Shown in pieces: positions 37,415 to 51,745 of a DNA stretch of 64,000 nucleotides. The stretch lies in NCBI GenBank assembly GCA_951406725.2, contig OX597833.1, positions 41,850,001 through 41,914,000 on the forward strand, read 5' to 3'. This DNA comes from Octopus vulgaris. Its lineage: Eukaryota. The first letter of the stretch is position 1; each line of letters opens with the position of its first letter. The notes under the pieces are model-generated. The model was given only the letters and a program-made list of their open reading frames with translations, did no database searches and was not told the origin of the DNA. Position numbers and translations under genes: made by a program.

Positions 37415-38044
37415 TAGGAGATCAAAAGAGGAAAGCATTACTCATATAGTAAGTGAATGTAGCAAGCTGGCACAGAAAGAATACAACTAAAGACATGACA
37501 ATTTAAGGAAAGCAATCCACTGGGAACTATGTAGAAAGCTAGGAATTGAACATACTGATAAATGGTATGAACACGAACCTAGTAAAGTACTAGAAAGTAA
37601 GAAATACAAGATGTTGTAGGACTTTAAGATTCAGACTGACAGCAATAGAAGCTAGAAGGCCTGATTTAGTAGTAGTAAATAAAGAGAATAGAAAAAATCA
37701 GATAATTGACTTTACAGTCCCAAATGATGAAAAAATCAATGAGAGATATAGAAAAAATAGCAAAGTACCAGGACCTAGCCATTGATTTACAGAGACTATG
37801 GAAAGTGCAGGTAAACTGTATCCAAGTAGTTATAGGTGCATTGAGAACCATTCCTGAAGAACTGAATAGATGGATTGAGGAAATAAGCATAAAACCCAGT
37901 TTAGTACAACTCCAGAAAATGTTATTAGGGACAGTTAGGATACTTAAGAGGGTTCTTGGCATCTAAGGTTACCTGATGTAGCCCAATGTTAAGATTTTTT
38001 TTCTTTTCCAACAGTCTAATCTCTTGTGTGTATATGAAACTAAT

Positions 38045-38097
<53 letters not shown>
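37415..38097 (+). mobile_element. R4/Dong-like non-LTR retrotransposon 3' end (CCHC plus restriction-like endonuclease)
   Basis: H..SEC.KLAQKEY..RHD..IHWELC..WYEHEP..DF.IQTD..RRPDLV..IIDF.VP..EK..KYQDL..LW..VVIGAL..LQK..LLGT.RIL, followed by a (TAA)n tract at 38041-38097. Confidence 0.8.
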
Positions 38098-38098
<1 letters not shown>

Positions 38099-38527
38099 CC
38101 TTTCTGCTATAGGTGCAAGGCCTGAAATTTTGAGGGAGGGGCTAGTTGATTACAATGGCCCTAGTGCTCAAACTGGTACTTATTTCATTGACCCTGAGAG
38201 TATGTAAGGCAACGTCAACTTTTGCAGTATCTGAATTCACAACATAAAAACAGAATAAATGCTGCTAAGCATTTTGTCCAGTATGCTAACAATTCTGTCA
38301 GTTTCGAAGCAAACTAGCTGGTAGATAGATCCTGAATGAAGTTGCACAGAAAATTATACCTGGTTGCATGTGCAACTGGCCATACTTTGTGCAGTGGAAA
38401 CATGTGTACGCCCAAATAACTATTAAAAAATGCTGTATGAAATTGTTAAATAAAAGGAAATAAATTTTGAGGAAGAACAATTTTCCATATTCTATATCAT
38501 TATAATTATTACTTATATATATATATA

Positions 38528-38909
38528 GGCGCAGGAGTGGCTGTGTGGTAAGTAGCTTGCTTACCAAACACATGGTTCCAGGATCAGTCCCACTGTGTGG
38601 CATCTTGGGCAAGAGTCTTCTATTATAGCCGACCAAAGCCTTGTGAGTGGATTTGGTAGACGGAAACTGAAAGAAGCCCGTCGTATATATGTGTATATAT
38701 ATATATGTGTGTGTGTGTATGTTTGTGTGTCTGTGTTTGTCCCCCTAGCATTGCTTGACAACCGATGCTGGTGTGTTTATGTCCCCGTCACCTAGCGATT
38801 TAGCAAACAAGACCGATAAAATAAGTACTATAAGTCCCGAGGTCAATTTGCTCGACTAAAGGCGGTGCTCCAGCATGGTCGCAGTCAAATGACTGAAACA
38901 AGTAAAAGA

Positions 38910-38911
<2 letters not shown>
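38528..38911 (+). mobile_element. Young high-copy SINE family A (GGCGCAGGAGTGGCTGTGTGGTAAG...GAAACAAGTAAAAGAG)
   Basis: tRNA-like head, CCTTGGGCAAGT core and central (TA)/(TG) microsatellite; many near-identical copies in the window. Confidence 0.9.
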
Positions 38912-38950
<39 letters not shown>

Positions 38951-39135
38951 TTTGAGTATAAACAAAGAAAAATGTACTCAATACATATTCGTGAGTTTAT
39001 TTTTTTCTTTTTCAGAAGAAGCTGTGTCTTCTACAATTATTACTTCAAGTTTTCCATTGTTCTCATAATAGCAATCGTGTAAAACCTCTGCATTGAATGG
39101 ATGAACAAAATAGCAATCACAAACATACCTTATGT

Positions 39136-39570
39136 ATTGGGCCATCCCATAAATAATGCGTTTTTTATACTTATTTTTTTTTCAAAATTAAGATAAACTT
39201 CTTTTTTAAATTTAAAATATACTCTCCTTCATTTTCTACAATGCTCTTCCATCTATCTGGTAGACTTGCAAGGCCCCTCTTCCAAAATTCATTTGTCCGT
39301 GATGAAAAATACTCCTCTAGTCCTGTTCTGACTTCGTCTACAGAATTCATATTTTTTCTGTCCAAATGATTTTGAAGACTGTAGAATAAATGATAATCAG
39401 ATGGGACAATGCCCAGCAAATATGATGGGTGGGGCTTTGTTTCCTATTCAAACTGTTCCAGCCTTTGGAATGTCATCCTCACTGTTTATGGATGAGCATT
39501 ATCCTAATGGAAGAACATCTTTTGTTTTGAAATCAAAGATGGTCGTTTTTCTTCTTACAAGGGTGAAGAC
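39136..39570 (-). mobile_element. Mariner (DD34D) 3' remnant
   Basis: PSDYHLF.SLQNHL...F...FW.RG..LP.RW....EGEY, and TIR tattgggccatcccataaataatgcg. Confidence 0.8.
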
Positions 39571-42500
39571 CTTCTTTAGCCCTGGGTGCTGGTGTTTCTC
39601 CTTTTCCTACCAACTGTCAAAGGCACTAGTTGGCTTGAGACTATAGCAGAGGAGAAGACACTTGCCCAAGATTCCACACAGTAGGACTAAATCCAATACT
39701 ATGCGATTGTGAAGTGAACTTTGAAACAACAGGGCCACGCTTGTGTTACACATACACAAAGACACACGTGTATATTTTCTTTTGATTATTTTGCAGTACA
39801 AAACCCATGAATTAAGACTCAATTTGCTTATGACCTTTGTGTTTGGAGTGTGTAACATATCAACTAAAGAATGCTATGTGGTTTAATCTAAAGACTTTAT
39901 GGCCAACTGAATTCAACAGGAAAATTACGTACACACATACGTATCTATATATGTATGTATAGGTGTGTGTTTACAAATACAGAAAAGGAGACATTAAAAT
40001 GATGACAATATATATGTGTGTGTGTATTTAAGTGGTTAACCTTGGCCTAGAATAATCTTTGGTTTTCCCCACAACTTTACTGTAAATCCAATACAGATTT
40101 TAGGAGAGGGAAAAGGCACAGGGGTGACAGGTGTCCAAGGAGAGGGGAGAAGGAGGAGGGGATGTAAGATATACTGTGTTTTCTTAAAATGTGTTAACTA
40201 ACATAACTGACGAGCAGTGAAAGCGCTGTAATTGGGAATTGAAACTGGGTCACTCACTCGGCTCCTTGCCAGTTCACCTTTTAATTTGTATTTGCCAAAA
40301 AAGAAAAAGACAATTTTTTTTTAGTTACATGCAGACAGATATAAATGTATGTTCCTGCATATATACAAGTGTGCACATGCACACACACACACACAAGTAT
40401 GTAATGGAAGCATATATACACACATGCACACACAAACACACCAATGAACATATATGCATGTGTGTGGGTAAATGCAGGCATACCCAGACACACATTTTGT
40501 GAAACTTGTATTTTAAGAGACGTATGGTAAATGGTATGACATTTTGAAGAGAGGGGGGGGGGTGAAATTAATGGTCTCATCTTCAAACAATGAAATTTAA
40601 AATATTTGAGAGGAAATGTTAACCATTTGATATTTGAGTTGACTACATATTAGTTCACATGATTACAACAGAAGAAAATAATAAAATTGTATCAATATAC
40701 AAATTTGGACTGGATAAACACTGAATATATAGTGGAGAGAGAGAGAGTGTGTGTGTGTGTGTTTGAGCTCAGAGAGTGTCCTTTATAAGTAAAACATTAT
40801 CAGTTATTAGTATCTGTTGCTCTGAGAAAAACAATTGATCGTTAATAATGTTTCCATTTTACAGGAATTAACAGAGATAGAGCTGTGCTAAGAAAGCACA
40901 AGACAGAAATGAGATAGCTAAGACAATGCTTGGACAAAGCTAACACAGCACTAAGTTGGAGACAGCACTAAAACAGAGATAAAACAGAAATAAGAGACAG
41001 ATAACTGAGCTCTAAGACATAAAACATCACTAAGCTAAGAAGTAGAGAATATTAAGATTTTTGGCCTTTAGCTTAAAGCTTACTTTTCTTATTTTTAGAA
41101 ATTGGAAAAGAGTGGCAGAGAGCAGTGACAATTTTTTCCATAGAGGGACAAGAAATCACATGCAGTGCCTATAAACTTTTAGGGTTCTCCTTGAATGGGA
41201 ACAAGGACAACTAAATGTAGTTTAATATATTTGATATCACTAAGGAATCGAGCTGGCAGAATCATTAGCATGCTAGGTAAAATACTTAGCCGCATTCTGT
41301 CTGTCTTTACATTCTGAGTTCAAATTCTGCAGGGGTCGACTTTGCCTTTCCTTTCAGGGTTGATAAAATGAATAGCATTGGGGTCAATTTGATTGACTTA
41401 GCCCCCACTCCCAAACCTGTTGGCCTTGTCCCAACATTTGAAACCAACATCTTAATCTGAACTTTGAAAGTTAGTGGTAAAGATGGGAGACACAAGGATA
41501 AGGAAAGTTTACCAGAGAGAGATGATACGGTTCTGGAGAGAGATCATCATCATCATCATTTAGCGTCCGTTTTCCATGCTAGCATGGGTTGGACGGTTTA
41601 ACTGGGGTCTGTGAAGCCGGAAGGCTTCATCAGGCCCAGTCAGATTTGGCAGTGTTTCTATGGCTGGATGCCCTTCCTAACGCCAACCACTCCGTGAGTG
41701 TAGTGGGTGCTTTTTACGTGCCACCTGCACAGGTGCCAGACAGAGCTGGCAAACGGCCACGAACGGATGGTGTTTTTTCGTGCCACCGGCACGGGGGCCA
41801 GGCGAGGCTGGCAACGGACACGAACGGATGGTGCTTTTACGTGCTACCGGCAATAAGTTTTAAATGAAAGTCTGAAAGGATGAGAGAAATTTTAGGCTGA
41901 AGGGAAACAGTATTGATAAAATGAGTACCATTTACTTATCAGGACCAATTCTTTCAGGGGGGATCACATTCCTGCCCTGTCAAAGTTTGGTTGTTTTGGT
42001 AAAGAAAGAAAAAAAAATCACTCCTTTTTTTATTTTTCAATAATTTCTCAAAAACTAGTTTTTAAACCAGTCGAAATTAGTTGTTAGACCAGTTTAGCCT
42101 GAACAGCTCCTTTGGCTAAAACTGGTCACTCCTTAATATTGAAAACACAAAACAGGATTAAGAAAAAAAAACAAACAAAAACAAAACAAAAATATTTATC
42201 TGACCATCATGTTTTAATTATGATTACATAACCATGATCAACTAACTTTACAGCTGTTCATTACCAGATCTAAAGATAATTAGACTAATCACTTCATTAA
42301 AGAGTTCCTCTTTCTACTTTTGTTAATGAATAATCCAAAACTATTAATCCAGCCTTAATAATGAACTGACAATGTTTATATAAGAAAAGTTAGAACTTAA
42401 AATAAAAATTAAAAAAATTTTTTTTTCTCACCCCAAATTCTAATACAAATATTGATCAAAGGCTTTTCTGTCACGACCATCCAAAGCTACATTACTCATT

Positions 42501-43350
42501 GTGCCCTTCCTTGTTGTTGACGTCATTCTTGTGATTGTTTAGTTCCAAGATAGCCTTGAGCTGACAGACCTTAGATCTAAGACATTCCAGTTGTGACCAT
42601 ACCACCTTTTATTCAGACGTAATATATCTAGAACTACATTATGTAATGAGTTTGTCTTTGTTGTTGATGTTGTTTAGGCCCAGGTTACCTGGTTCAATAG
42701 ACTTACAAACAGAGATTCCAATTGGGAAAATACTGTCCGTCACGGAGAGGTTGGCGTTAGGAAGGGCATCCAGCTGTAGAAACACTGCCAGATCAGACTG
42801 GAGCCTGGTACAGCCTCCTGGCTTCCCAGACCTGTGTTGAACCGTCCAACCCATGCTGGTATGGAAAACGGACGTTAAATGATGATGATGATGAATGTAT
42901 TTAAGACTATGCTATCTAATGTGCCTTAACTTTTTTTTATGACAGCCAGTTGTGATTTGATTGGAGATCTTACAGCTATTTCTAGCAGGCTGAACAACCA
43001 TATCGCAGCTTGACTCTCACAAACATTAATGAATGTTACACTGTTATGCTTGAGCAAGGCTGGAAATTGGATCCAAAACAACAGATACTTACAGATACCG
43101 TAAAAAATGAAACCCTACCACCTCTAGTGAAATCCTAAAAATAAATAAAATACCAAAGAAAAACAAAACAAAAACAACAACGAAAGAAAAAAAACCCACG
43201 TGGCTAAGAAGTTTGTTTTGCAACAACATGGTCTGCATTACATTTAACAACCACTGTATGCCATGTTAGCTAAGTATCTGTTTATCATAGCTATTAATTG
43301 GCCAATGCCTTGTAAGTGGAATTTAATGAATGGAAATTATGGAGAAGGCC

Positions 43351-43391
<41 letters not shown>

Positions 43392-43888
43392 CCAGATTTG
43401 TGTTGTGCTTTTGTCTATGGGAGTAAACAGGTATGTCAAGTTATACCCCTCTGTGAGAAAAACAAATTACTTATTTAATATATAAGCGTATGAATGTATT
43501 TTGAATGTGTGTATATGTATATATATATATATAGGTGCAGGTATGGCTGTGTCTTAAGAACCATGCTTCCCAACCATAAGGTACCAGGTTCAGTGTCTTC
43601 TACTATAGCCTCCAGCCAACCAAAGCCTTGTGAGTAGATTTGGTAGATGGAAACCAAAAGAAGCCTGTTGTGTGTGCGTGCGTGTGTGTGTATATATATA
43701 CACATATATATTTCTTTACTACCCACAAGGGGCTAAACACAGAGGGGACAAACAAGGACAGACAAACGGATTAAGTCGATTACATCGACCCCAGTGCGTA
43801 ACTGGTACTTAATTTATCGACCCCGAAAGGATGAAAGGCAAAGTTAACCTCAGCGGAATTTGAACTCAGAACTTAACGGCAGACAAAA

Positions 43889-43936
<48 letters not shown>

Positions 43937-44185
43937 TACACACACACATGTAATTTAAGGTGTATTCTGTTAGGAACGTAGCAGAAAACAAAATAGCATG
44001 TACGTATTTGTATGTGTGTCTGCCATCACTTGACAACTGATGTGTTTATGTCCCCATAACTTAGTGGTTCAGCAAAAACGCACTGATAGAATGAGTACTA
44101 GGCTTACAAAGAGTAAGTCCTGGGGTAGATTTCTTTGATTACAAACCAGCATGGTCACAATCAAAATGTCTGAAAAAAGTAAAAG

Positions 44186-44561
44186 AAGTGGCTGTGTGGT
44201 AAGTAGCTTGTTTACCAACCACATGGTTCCGGGTTCAGTCCCACTGCGTGGCACCTTGGGCAAGTGTCTTCTACTATAGCCTCGGGCCGACCAAAGCCGT
44301 GTGAGTGGATTTGGTAGACGGAAACTGAAAGAAGCCCGTCGTATATATATATATATGTGTGTGTGTTTGTGTGTCTGTCCCCCTAGCATTGCTTGACAAC
44401 CGATGCTGGTGTGTTTATGTCCCTGTTACTTAGCAGTTCGGCAAAAGAGACCGATAGAATAAGTACTGGGCTTACAAAAGAATAAGTCCCGGGGTCGAGT
44501 TGCTCGATTAAAGGCGGTGCTCCAGCATGGACGCAGTCAAATGACTGAAACAAGTAAAAGA

Positions 44562-44563
<2 letters not shown>
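44186..44563 (+). mobile_element. SINE family A
   Basis: Near-identical to 38528-38911. Confidence 0.9.
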
Positions 44564-44621
<58 letters not shown>

Positions 44622-44789
44622 CTACTGATTCATCAGAAATGATAAATTACAGGATTCAATATAAGACATTATATCTGAAAGGTTTGATGCCGTTCACAAG
44701 GATTTTTAAAGAAATGAACAAGTTTTCTTCAAACTTTCATTTCATATTTCAAAAAATATTCAAAGAGTAGATGAGCCACTTGGTTATAT

Positions 44790-45397
<608 letters not shown>

Positions 45398-45609
45398 GGA
45401 ATAAGAGCCAGAACTAAAGTAGTGGGAGATGTATATGATCAAATGTAAACCTTCATAAGCACTACCCCAGTATGGCTGCAGTCCAATGATGAATCAAACC
45501 AGTGGAAACAAAAAAAAATAAAAAAAATAAAATGAATAACTAAAATAAAATTAGTATAGTAGACAAAAAAAAACAAATAAAAAAACAACTTACAAAAACA
45601 TAGACTTAC

Positions 45610-45679
45610 CAATTATTATTACTTCATAAACCTTTGGTTGGTTGGTTATATCACAGCCTTTCAGATCAAAAGGTGGCAT
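45610..45679 (-). CDS. OSGIN: OSGIN-family oxidoreductase, first coding exon (MPPFDLKGCDITNQPKVYEVIIIG)
   Basis: ATG at 45679 in aaaATG context with an in-frame upstream TAG near 45803. Donor G|GTAAGT at 45610 is phase 1 and joins GA-AAT-GGA-CCT of the next exon, giving the dinucleotide-binding motif VIIIGNGPSA. Upstream acceptor (poly-Y, TAG) at 45930. Confidence 0.85.
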
Positions 45680-46200
45680 TTTGTCTCCTCTTCTCACACC
45701 ACTTAGAACAAACTTATTGCTTCTAATATTACTATTATTATTATTAACTAGAGTGACAGTTTTCCAACTACATGAATGTTTGGAAGAGAATGCGAAGAAG
45801 CACTACTTCCTTGTTCAAAGACTGACTGGCTAATAACTGACTGACAAGCTGATGGGAGTGATAATTCGAATTGCCAGTTGCTGGGCAACACCAATTGTAA
45901 TCCTATTTGAACCAATGGTTTTTTCTCATCTACAAAAAAAAAAGAAAGAAAAAAGAAAAAGGAAAATAAAAAAAAAACCACAAAGCAAAAGAGTAAATAA
46001 ATAAAATTAAAAATACATAGAAAGAAAAGAAAAAAATCCCACAACAGCATGTAAGGAAATATGTAAGAAAACATGTAAAGAAGCCTACATGCAGTTATAA
46101 GTCACATTGACTGCTTAACCTGGAATTAAATAGTTTTGACAAAGCTCCATTCACTTTGGTGAGTGAAAAAAAAAGTACCTTCTCAGTGTTATCAAGATGA

Positions 46201-46228
<28 letters not shown>

Positions 46229-46247
<19 letters not shown>

Positions 46248-46474
46248 TTTAGAAATATATATATATATACACACATATTTAGAAATATATATATATTTAT
46301 ATATACACACACATTTAGAAATATATATATATATACACACACACATTTAGAAATATATATATATACACACACATTTAGAAATATATATATATATACACAC
46401 ACATTTAGAAATATATATATATACACACACACATTTAGAAATATATATATATATATACACACACACATTTAGAA

Positions 46475-46509
<35 letters not shown>

Positions 46510-46548
46510 TTTAGAAATATATATATATATACACACACACATTTAGAA

Positions 46549-46581
<33 letters not shown>

Positions 46582-46588
46582 TTTAGAA

Positions 46589-46623
<35 letters not shown>

Positions 46624-46686
46624 TTTAGAAATATATATATACACACACACATTTAGAAATATATATATATATACACACACATTTAG

Positions 46687-46733
<47 letters not shown>

Positions 46734-46745
46734 TTTAGAAATAAA
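46229..46745. repeat. Compound minisatellite: about 15 units of (AC)n-ATTTAGAAAT-(AT)n
   Basis: Invariant core ATTTAGAAAT with variable dinucleotide arms; one outlying unit at about 46900. Confidence 0.95.
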
Positions 46746-46851
46746 TAAATATATATATATACAAACACACAAATTTTTAATCTTCGGATTTTTTAAAAAT
46801 ATGCTAGGCCACTGGTTTTAATTGATTAATATCAATTTCTACACTCATTTA

Positions 46852-46891
<40 letters not shown>

Positions 46892-46906
46892 CATACACGC
46901 ATTTAG

Positions 46907-46947
<41 letters not shown>

Positions 46948-47294
46948 TTTATTTATATACATTTATATATACATATGTGTATGTACACACACACGTTAAT
47001 GCTTATTTTCATGCCAGGTTATATATAAAAATGATTTGGCATTAAACAGACACACCTATGCATGAGTGTCCATATATGCTATGATATGATATATATATAT
47101 AAATGTGGTTAGTGCAGCCAGTGACATGTAAAGGGTACCCACTACACTCTCGGAGTTGTTGGTGTTAGCATTAGCTACAGAAACCTAACCAAATTTAGAC
47201 TGGAACCTGGTGCAGTTCTCCAGCTTACCAATTCTAGTGAAGCCATCTAACCCATGCCAGCATGGAAAGTGGACATTAAATGAAGACGATGATG

Positions 47295-47326
<32 letters not shown>

Positions 47327-47348
47327 TTGTCATATATTCCATCTTTCA

Positions 47349-47404
<56 letters not shown>

Positions 47405-47424
47405 CACACACACACACACACATA

Positions 47425-48645
47425 AAAAAAAAGTTTTGGGAAGCTATTATTAGGAATTTTCCAAAAATTCTAGGTATTACTCTATTATCAACTCGCACAC
47501 AGTTAGGATTGGTTTTACCAGCACAAAAATCTCTTACAAATTATCTCCTCACATTATATTAGTCTGTTAATAAGAATCCATTTACTAATACTAACATTAA
47601 TTTAGCTAATACCATCAATCCCCTTAGAAATATTAAGAACAAGGTTATTGTCTCTGAAGACAATTCCAACAGAATTAAGTTTATGTCAAGTAATTCTAAG
47701 ATTAAAAACTCTATATACCAGAATAAAATTACTTCAGGTACCGATATCTTTTTTTATACAGGTAGTTCTTCTTCTCAGTTATCTAAAAGAATTTCTAATC
47801 ATTACTCTACATTTAGGGATAGGAATAAACATAACAATACAGGGCTTAGTAAATTAATTTGGTATCTAAAAGACCATAATAAACAATTTAATTTAGATTG
47901 GTTGATTCTCTCCATTTCGTTCCCTTATGATAAAGGCAAGGAATTTTGTCTTCTCTGTAATTGTGAACTATTTTTCATTCTTTTTTCTAAAAATCCCCTT
48001 GTAAACATGGTTATAGAGCGTGCTTATCGATGTAAACATTGGCAGAAACACACCTTTAGTTCATATAAGTGATATCTACCATTATATATAATTTAAACAT
48101 TGATTTTCTTCTTACACTTCACTTCCACTTGATATATCTTTTCCCAAGACTTTAGGCTTTAATTTAATTCACATATCATTTTATATTTCTCATTTATTTG
48201 GTTTCTGATTTTTTTCTTTCCTTTACCCCTCCTCTTTCTATAAGCTACCTTTGACGTTATATCATCTAATGTTTTTTTTAAGAGAAACTTAATAGCATTC
48301 AGTTCATCACTATACATATCCATCATATTCTGTTAAAATGTCTTATTGACGAGTTTTATTTCTTCACATTACATTGTGAGAAGATTACATTGTTTTACAC
48401 CATTTTATTCCTTTGGAATAATACCAATGATATCTTCGAAACATGTGTCAGAAGTAAAAGAATTTGAATAACACCTGCGTTTAACTCCATTTATTTATTT
48501 ATATATATTATACAAAATATTTCACATAAACCTGGAGTTTCTACCTTTAAAAACAAGGTGTTACGCCCTTTTTAATTATGTGATCTTTTGCTACCTATCA
48601 ATTTTTTCTGTGTTAATTATAAACAAGGGAAAAATACACACATCT
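47425..48645 (+). mobile_element. 5'-truncated Penelope-like element (linker, GIY-YIG and 3' UTR with a decayed hammerhead)
   Basis: ORF 47683-48072: SIYQ..FYTGSS..KRISNHYSTF..TGLSKLIW.LK..W..CLLC..E..CKH, homologous to the C-terminus of the 820-aa ORF. CGAAACATGTGTCAGAAG at 48437-48454. Flanked by (TA)n/(CA)n. Confidence 0.85.
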
Positions 48646-49782
48646 ATGTATATGTATATATATATATATATATGTATGTATAACGATATGAGGTCCTAGT
48701 GAAAACCCATCCATAAAACTGAGCACTAGAAAAGTTGTGACCCACCAACATGTAAAAACACACTTTCACCCACTCTACCATAAGAAATTGAACTACAACT
48801 CATCTAACTGAATCTTTCTCTTCTTCACACTTCCTCTTCATAAATTATGATTGTTTTCAAATCCCCTTTCTTGCCTTCACTGTCCTGCTCACTGTATTGC
48901 TACTCTCCACACCCTGAACACTCACACCCTATTTTTCTAACCACGTTCAAAGTTCATGTTCTTGTTACTTGTGAGAATACTCTAGCACTACACCATCTCT
49001 CTTCTACTCTCTCTTACACTTTTGCTGTTTCCAACTCTCTCACTCTCTCTCTCCATCTCTTGTTCCTCTGACTAGGAAACCAAGTATCTCCTTTACATCA
49101 GCACACTTGTTTCTGGCCTCTATCTCTTTCCTCTGTCTGTCTCTCTCTCTAAGTAACCATGTACCTCCTCTATATCAAGACACCTATTTCTGCCTCTGTT
49201 TCTCTGTTACACTAACCTTTCATCTTTTGATACTGGATCACCTCCTCTAAAGCCCCTTCTGTTGTGGCAAGACACCTGCTTCTGTTTCTCAGTCTCTTTG
49301 TCTCACACTCTGACCTTTCATCCTCTGACACAAGTTCCCCTCCTCAAATGCCCTGCCCCTCTCATAATTCCTTGTCTTGTGAGTTACTTGGTTACCCTGC
49401 CAGTGCTGGTGCCACGTTAAAAGCATCCAGTCCACACTGTAACGTGGCTGGTATTTGGAAGGGCATCCAGCTCTAAAAATCATGCCAAAACTAACTTCAC
49501 CTGTGCTAGCGCCACGTAAAAAGCACTGAGTCCACTGTGGGAGTGGTTGGTGTGAGGAAGGGCATCCAGCTGTAAAATCCCTGCCAAAACACACACAGCA
49601 GCCTTGGGTAGATTTTCTACCTTGCTGGCTCCAGTCATTTGTGCTACCCATGCATGCATGAAAAATGGATGTTAAATGATGATGATACACACACATATGC
49701 ATATATAAATATGCACATATATCCACACATATTGACACACACACACACACACTTATGGTTAGGATAGTAAACAGCAGAAGAT

Positions 49783-50145
49783 TATAAATTTTACATATGG
49801 TTCAATATTTGATTGTTTCCCCACAACTGTTTCCATGGAATAAGCAACATTATTTATATAATTACATAATTAACATTCATAATTAATCAATTTAAACAGG
49901 ACAGGTTACTTATCTCCTCAGGGAAGACAGAAAAAATATGCAAATCAAATTACCATTACGTATTTAAATATGCTATAATATTTTGATTTCTAAATTTCAA
50001 CTTTCTCTTCTGATGAGATGGACAATCCATTACATTTAAATTAATTAACCCTGTATGCTAATTACATATTTATATAAATGAGGATGTTTTCCTTCCATGA
50101 AACAACTGCTGAAAATAAAACTATGAACCATATATAAATTTTACA
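49783..50145. repeat. Old inverted pair of PLE-type 3' modules, each with a degenerate long-stem-II hammerhead
   Basis: Plus strand: CTGATGA at 50010 ... TCCATGAAACAACTG ending 50108. Minus strand: CTGAGGA at 49921 ... CCATGGAAACAGTTG. Flanks tgaaccatat.taaa.ttta are inverted. Confidence 0.55.
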
Positions 50146-51745
50146 CATTTCTGATATGTAATATTTTACATATATTGGTCTTAATTATCATTTTTTTCCA
50201 GATTCTATATCTAAATTCAAGTTTATTCCACCAATAATGAACCAAATTGTAATAGTATATTGGAATTTAACGATGTGCTTATAACTGGTTCATTAATACC
50301 ATGGATATATTTTGTGATGTTTATATATCAATTCAGTGTACATGTGGGAATTCCTACGATTATGAAAAAAAAATCTTGTTTTTAATTTTTCAACTCTTAC
50401 TAAATCCTACAAGTTCCACTCTTTTCAAAATTCTTTTTAAAATCAGAATTTAAAATACAGGGAGTTCACATTTTTTGCTTAAATCCCAGAATGGACCAAC
50501 CGTGGGTGCATCATCATTCCATTAAATGTGTTTATATGGAGAATAATAACGAAAAACATAATTACATGTCAGAGTGACAATTAAACAAGGAAGGTATGCT
50601 TGTGAGTTGTGCTAAAAATAACAGCTAAATCACAGACATACAAAAGAAAATCTGATTTTTTTTTCTTTCTTACACTCATATGAACTCCCATGTGTAGAAC
50701 ACAGATTTGAAAAAAACTTCTGAAAATTAAAAAAAAAAAAGGGAAAAGCTATGAGGAGTTATATGCACTGCTTAAAATTGAATTCTGCCCTTTTGTGATG
50801 TGGATAAGTTGGAAAGACAGAGTAACAAATACTATAAAAGCTGAAAATTGAAAGACATCTATTGTTGAGAATCAAGTCCACAAAGCTATCCCATTTTGGT
50901 CATACAATGCTCCATGATGCCCAAGACCATCCTGACAAGAAGTGTTGGAGGTTGTGTTAATTAATATTGATTGATTAATTGATTGACTGAGAGAGAGAGA
51001 GAGAGAGAGAAGAAGAAGCTGAGGAGAGGGTGACAAGAATGTTTTAAATGTATTATGTACCATTCAGGATAAGGGTGACTGAGGGAACTAAGGACAGGAT
51101 CCTTCACTTACCCTACGATCACTAGTTCTCTCAATCCCCCTTATACTCAATGTTCCCTCTCTCTCTCATATATATATAAAAGAGCAGGGAAGGGTAAAGA
51201 TGTAGGAGAGGGAAAATGCGATGAATATGGTGAGTGATGGAGTGGCAGATGAATTTGTAAAGCTGGATAGGGTGAGAAGCTCCACAAATTTGATAAAACA
51301 AAGCACCTAAGATAAATAAAGTTAGGGTGACAGGCAGAAGTGACTTGTAGAGAAATATTTGGTTGGAATTTGACCCGGATATGCACAAGCAGGATGTGAT
51401 TGATTAGGAATGGTAAAGAGGTGGCTGTTAAGAATGAAGTCTATTTTAACACACTTTATGCAGTGAAAGTAGTTGTGAGTATAATGAATTAAGAGCTATA
51501 CATATAAAATGTAAAATATGGAAGAATTGAAAAAGAAACCAATTAAAGTAATGGGACAAATTTTGAAATTTAATCCCTTTGATACCAACCTGTCTGAAAC
51601 TAACTCCATTTGTGTTACTTACTAACTTCCAGTTTTAAAGTGGTCTGAATTAAAAAGTTCCACCAAAAATTCATTTTAATATATGTTCCAAACACTACCT
51701 TAATAATGATAAAATTATCTTACTAAATTCTTCATCATTTTCAAA

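Noticed and set aside
46229-46745. CRISPR-like array (constant repeat with variable spacers)
   Set aside because: The spacers are only (AT)n/(AC)n length variants, the core is 10 bp, there are no cas genes and the context is eukaryotic.
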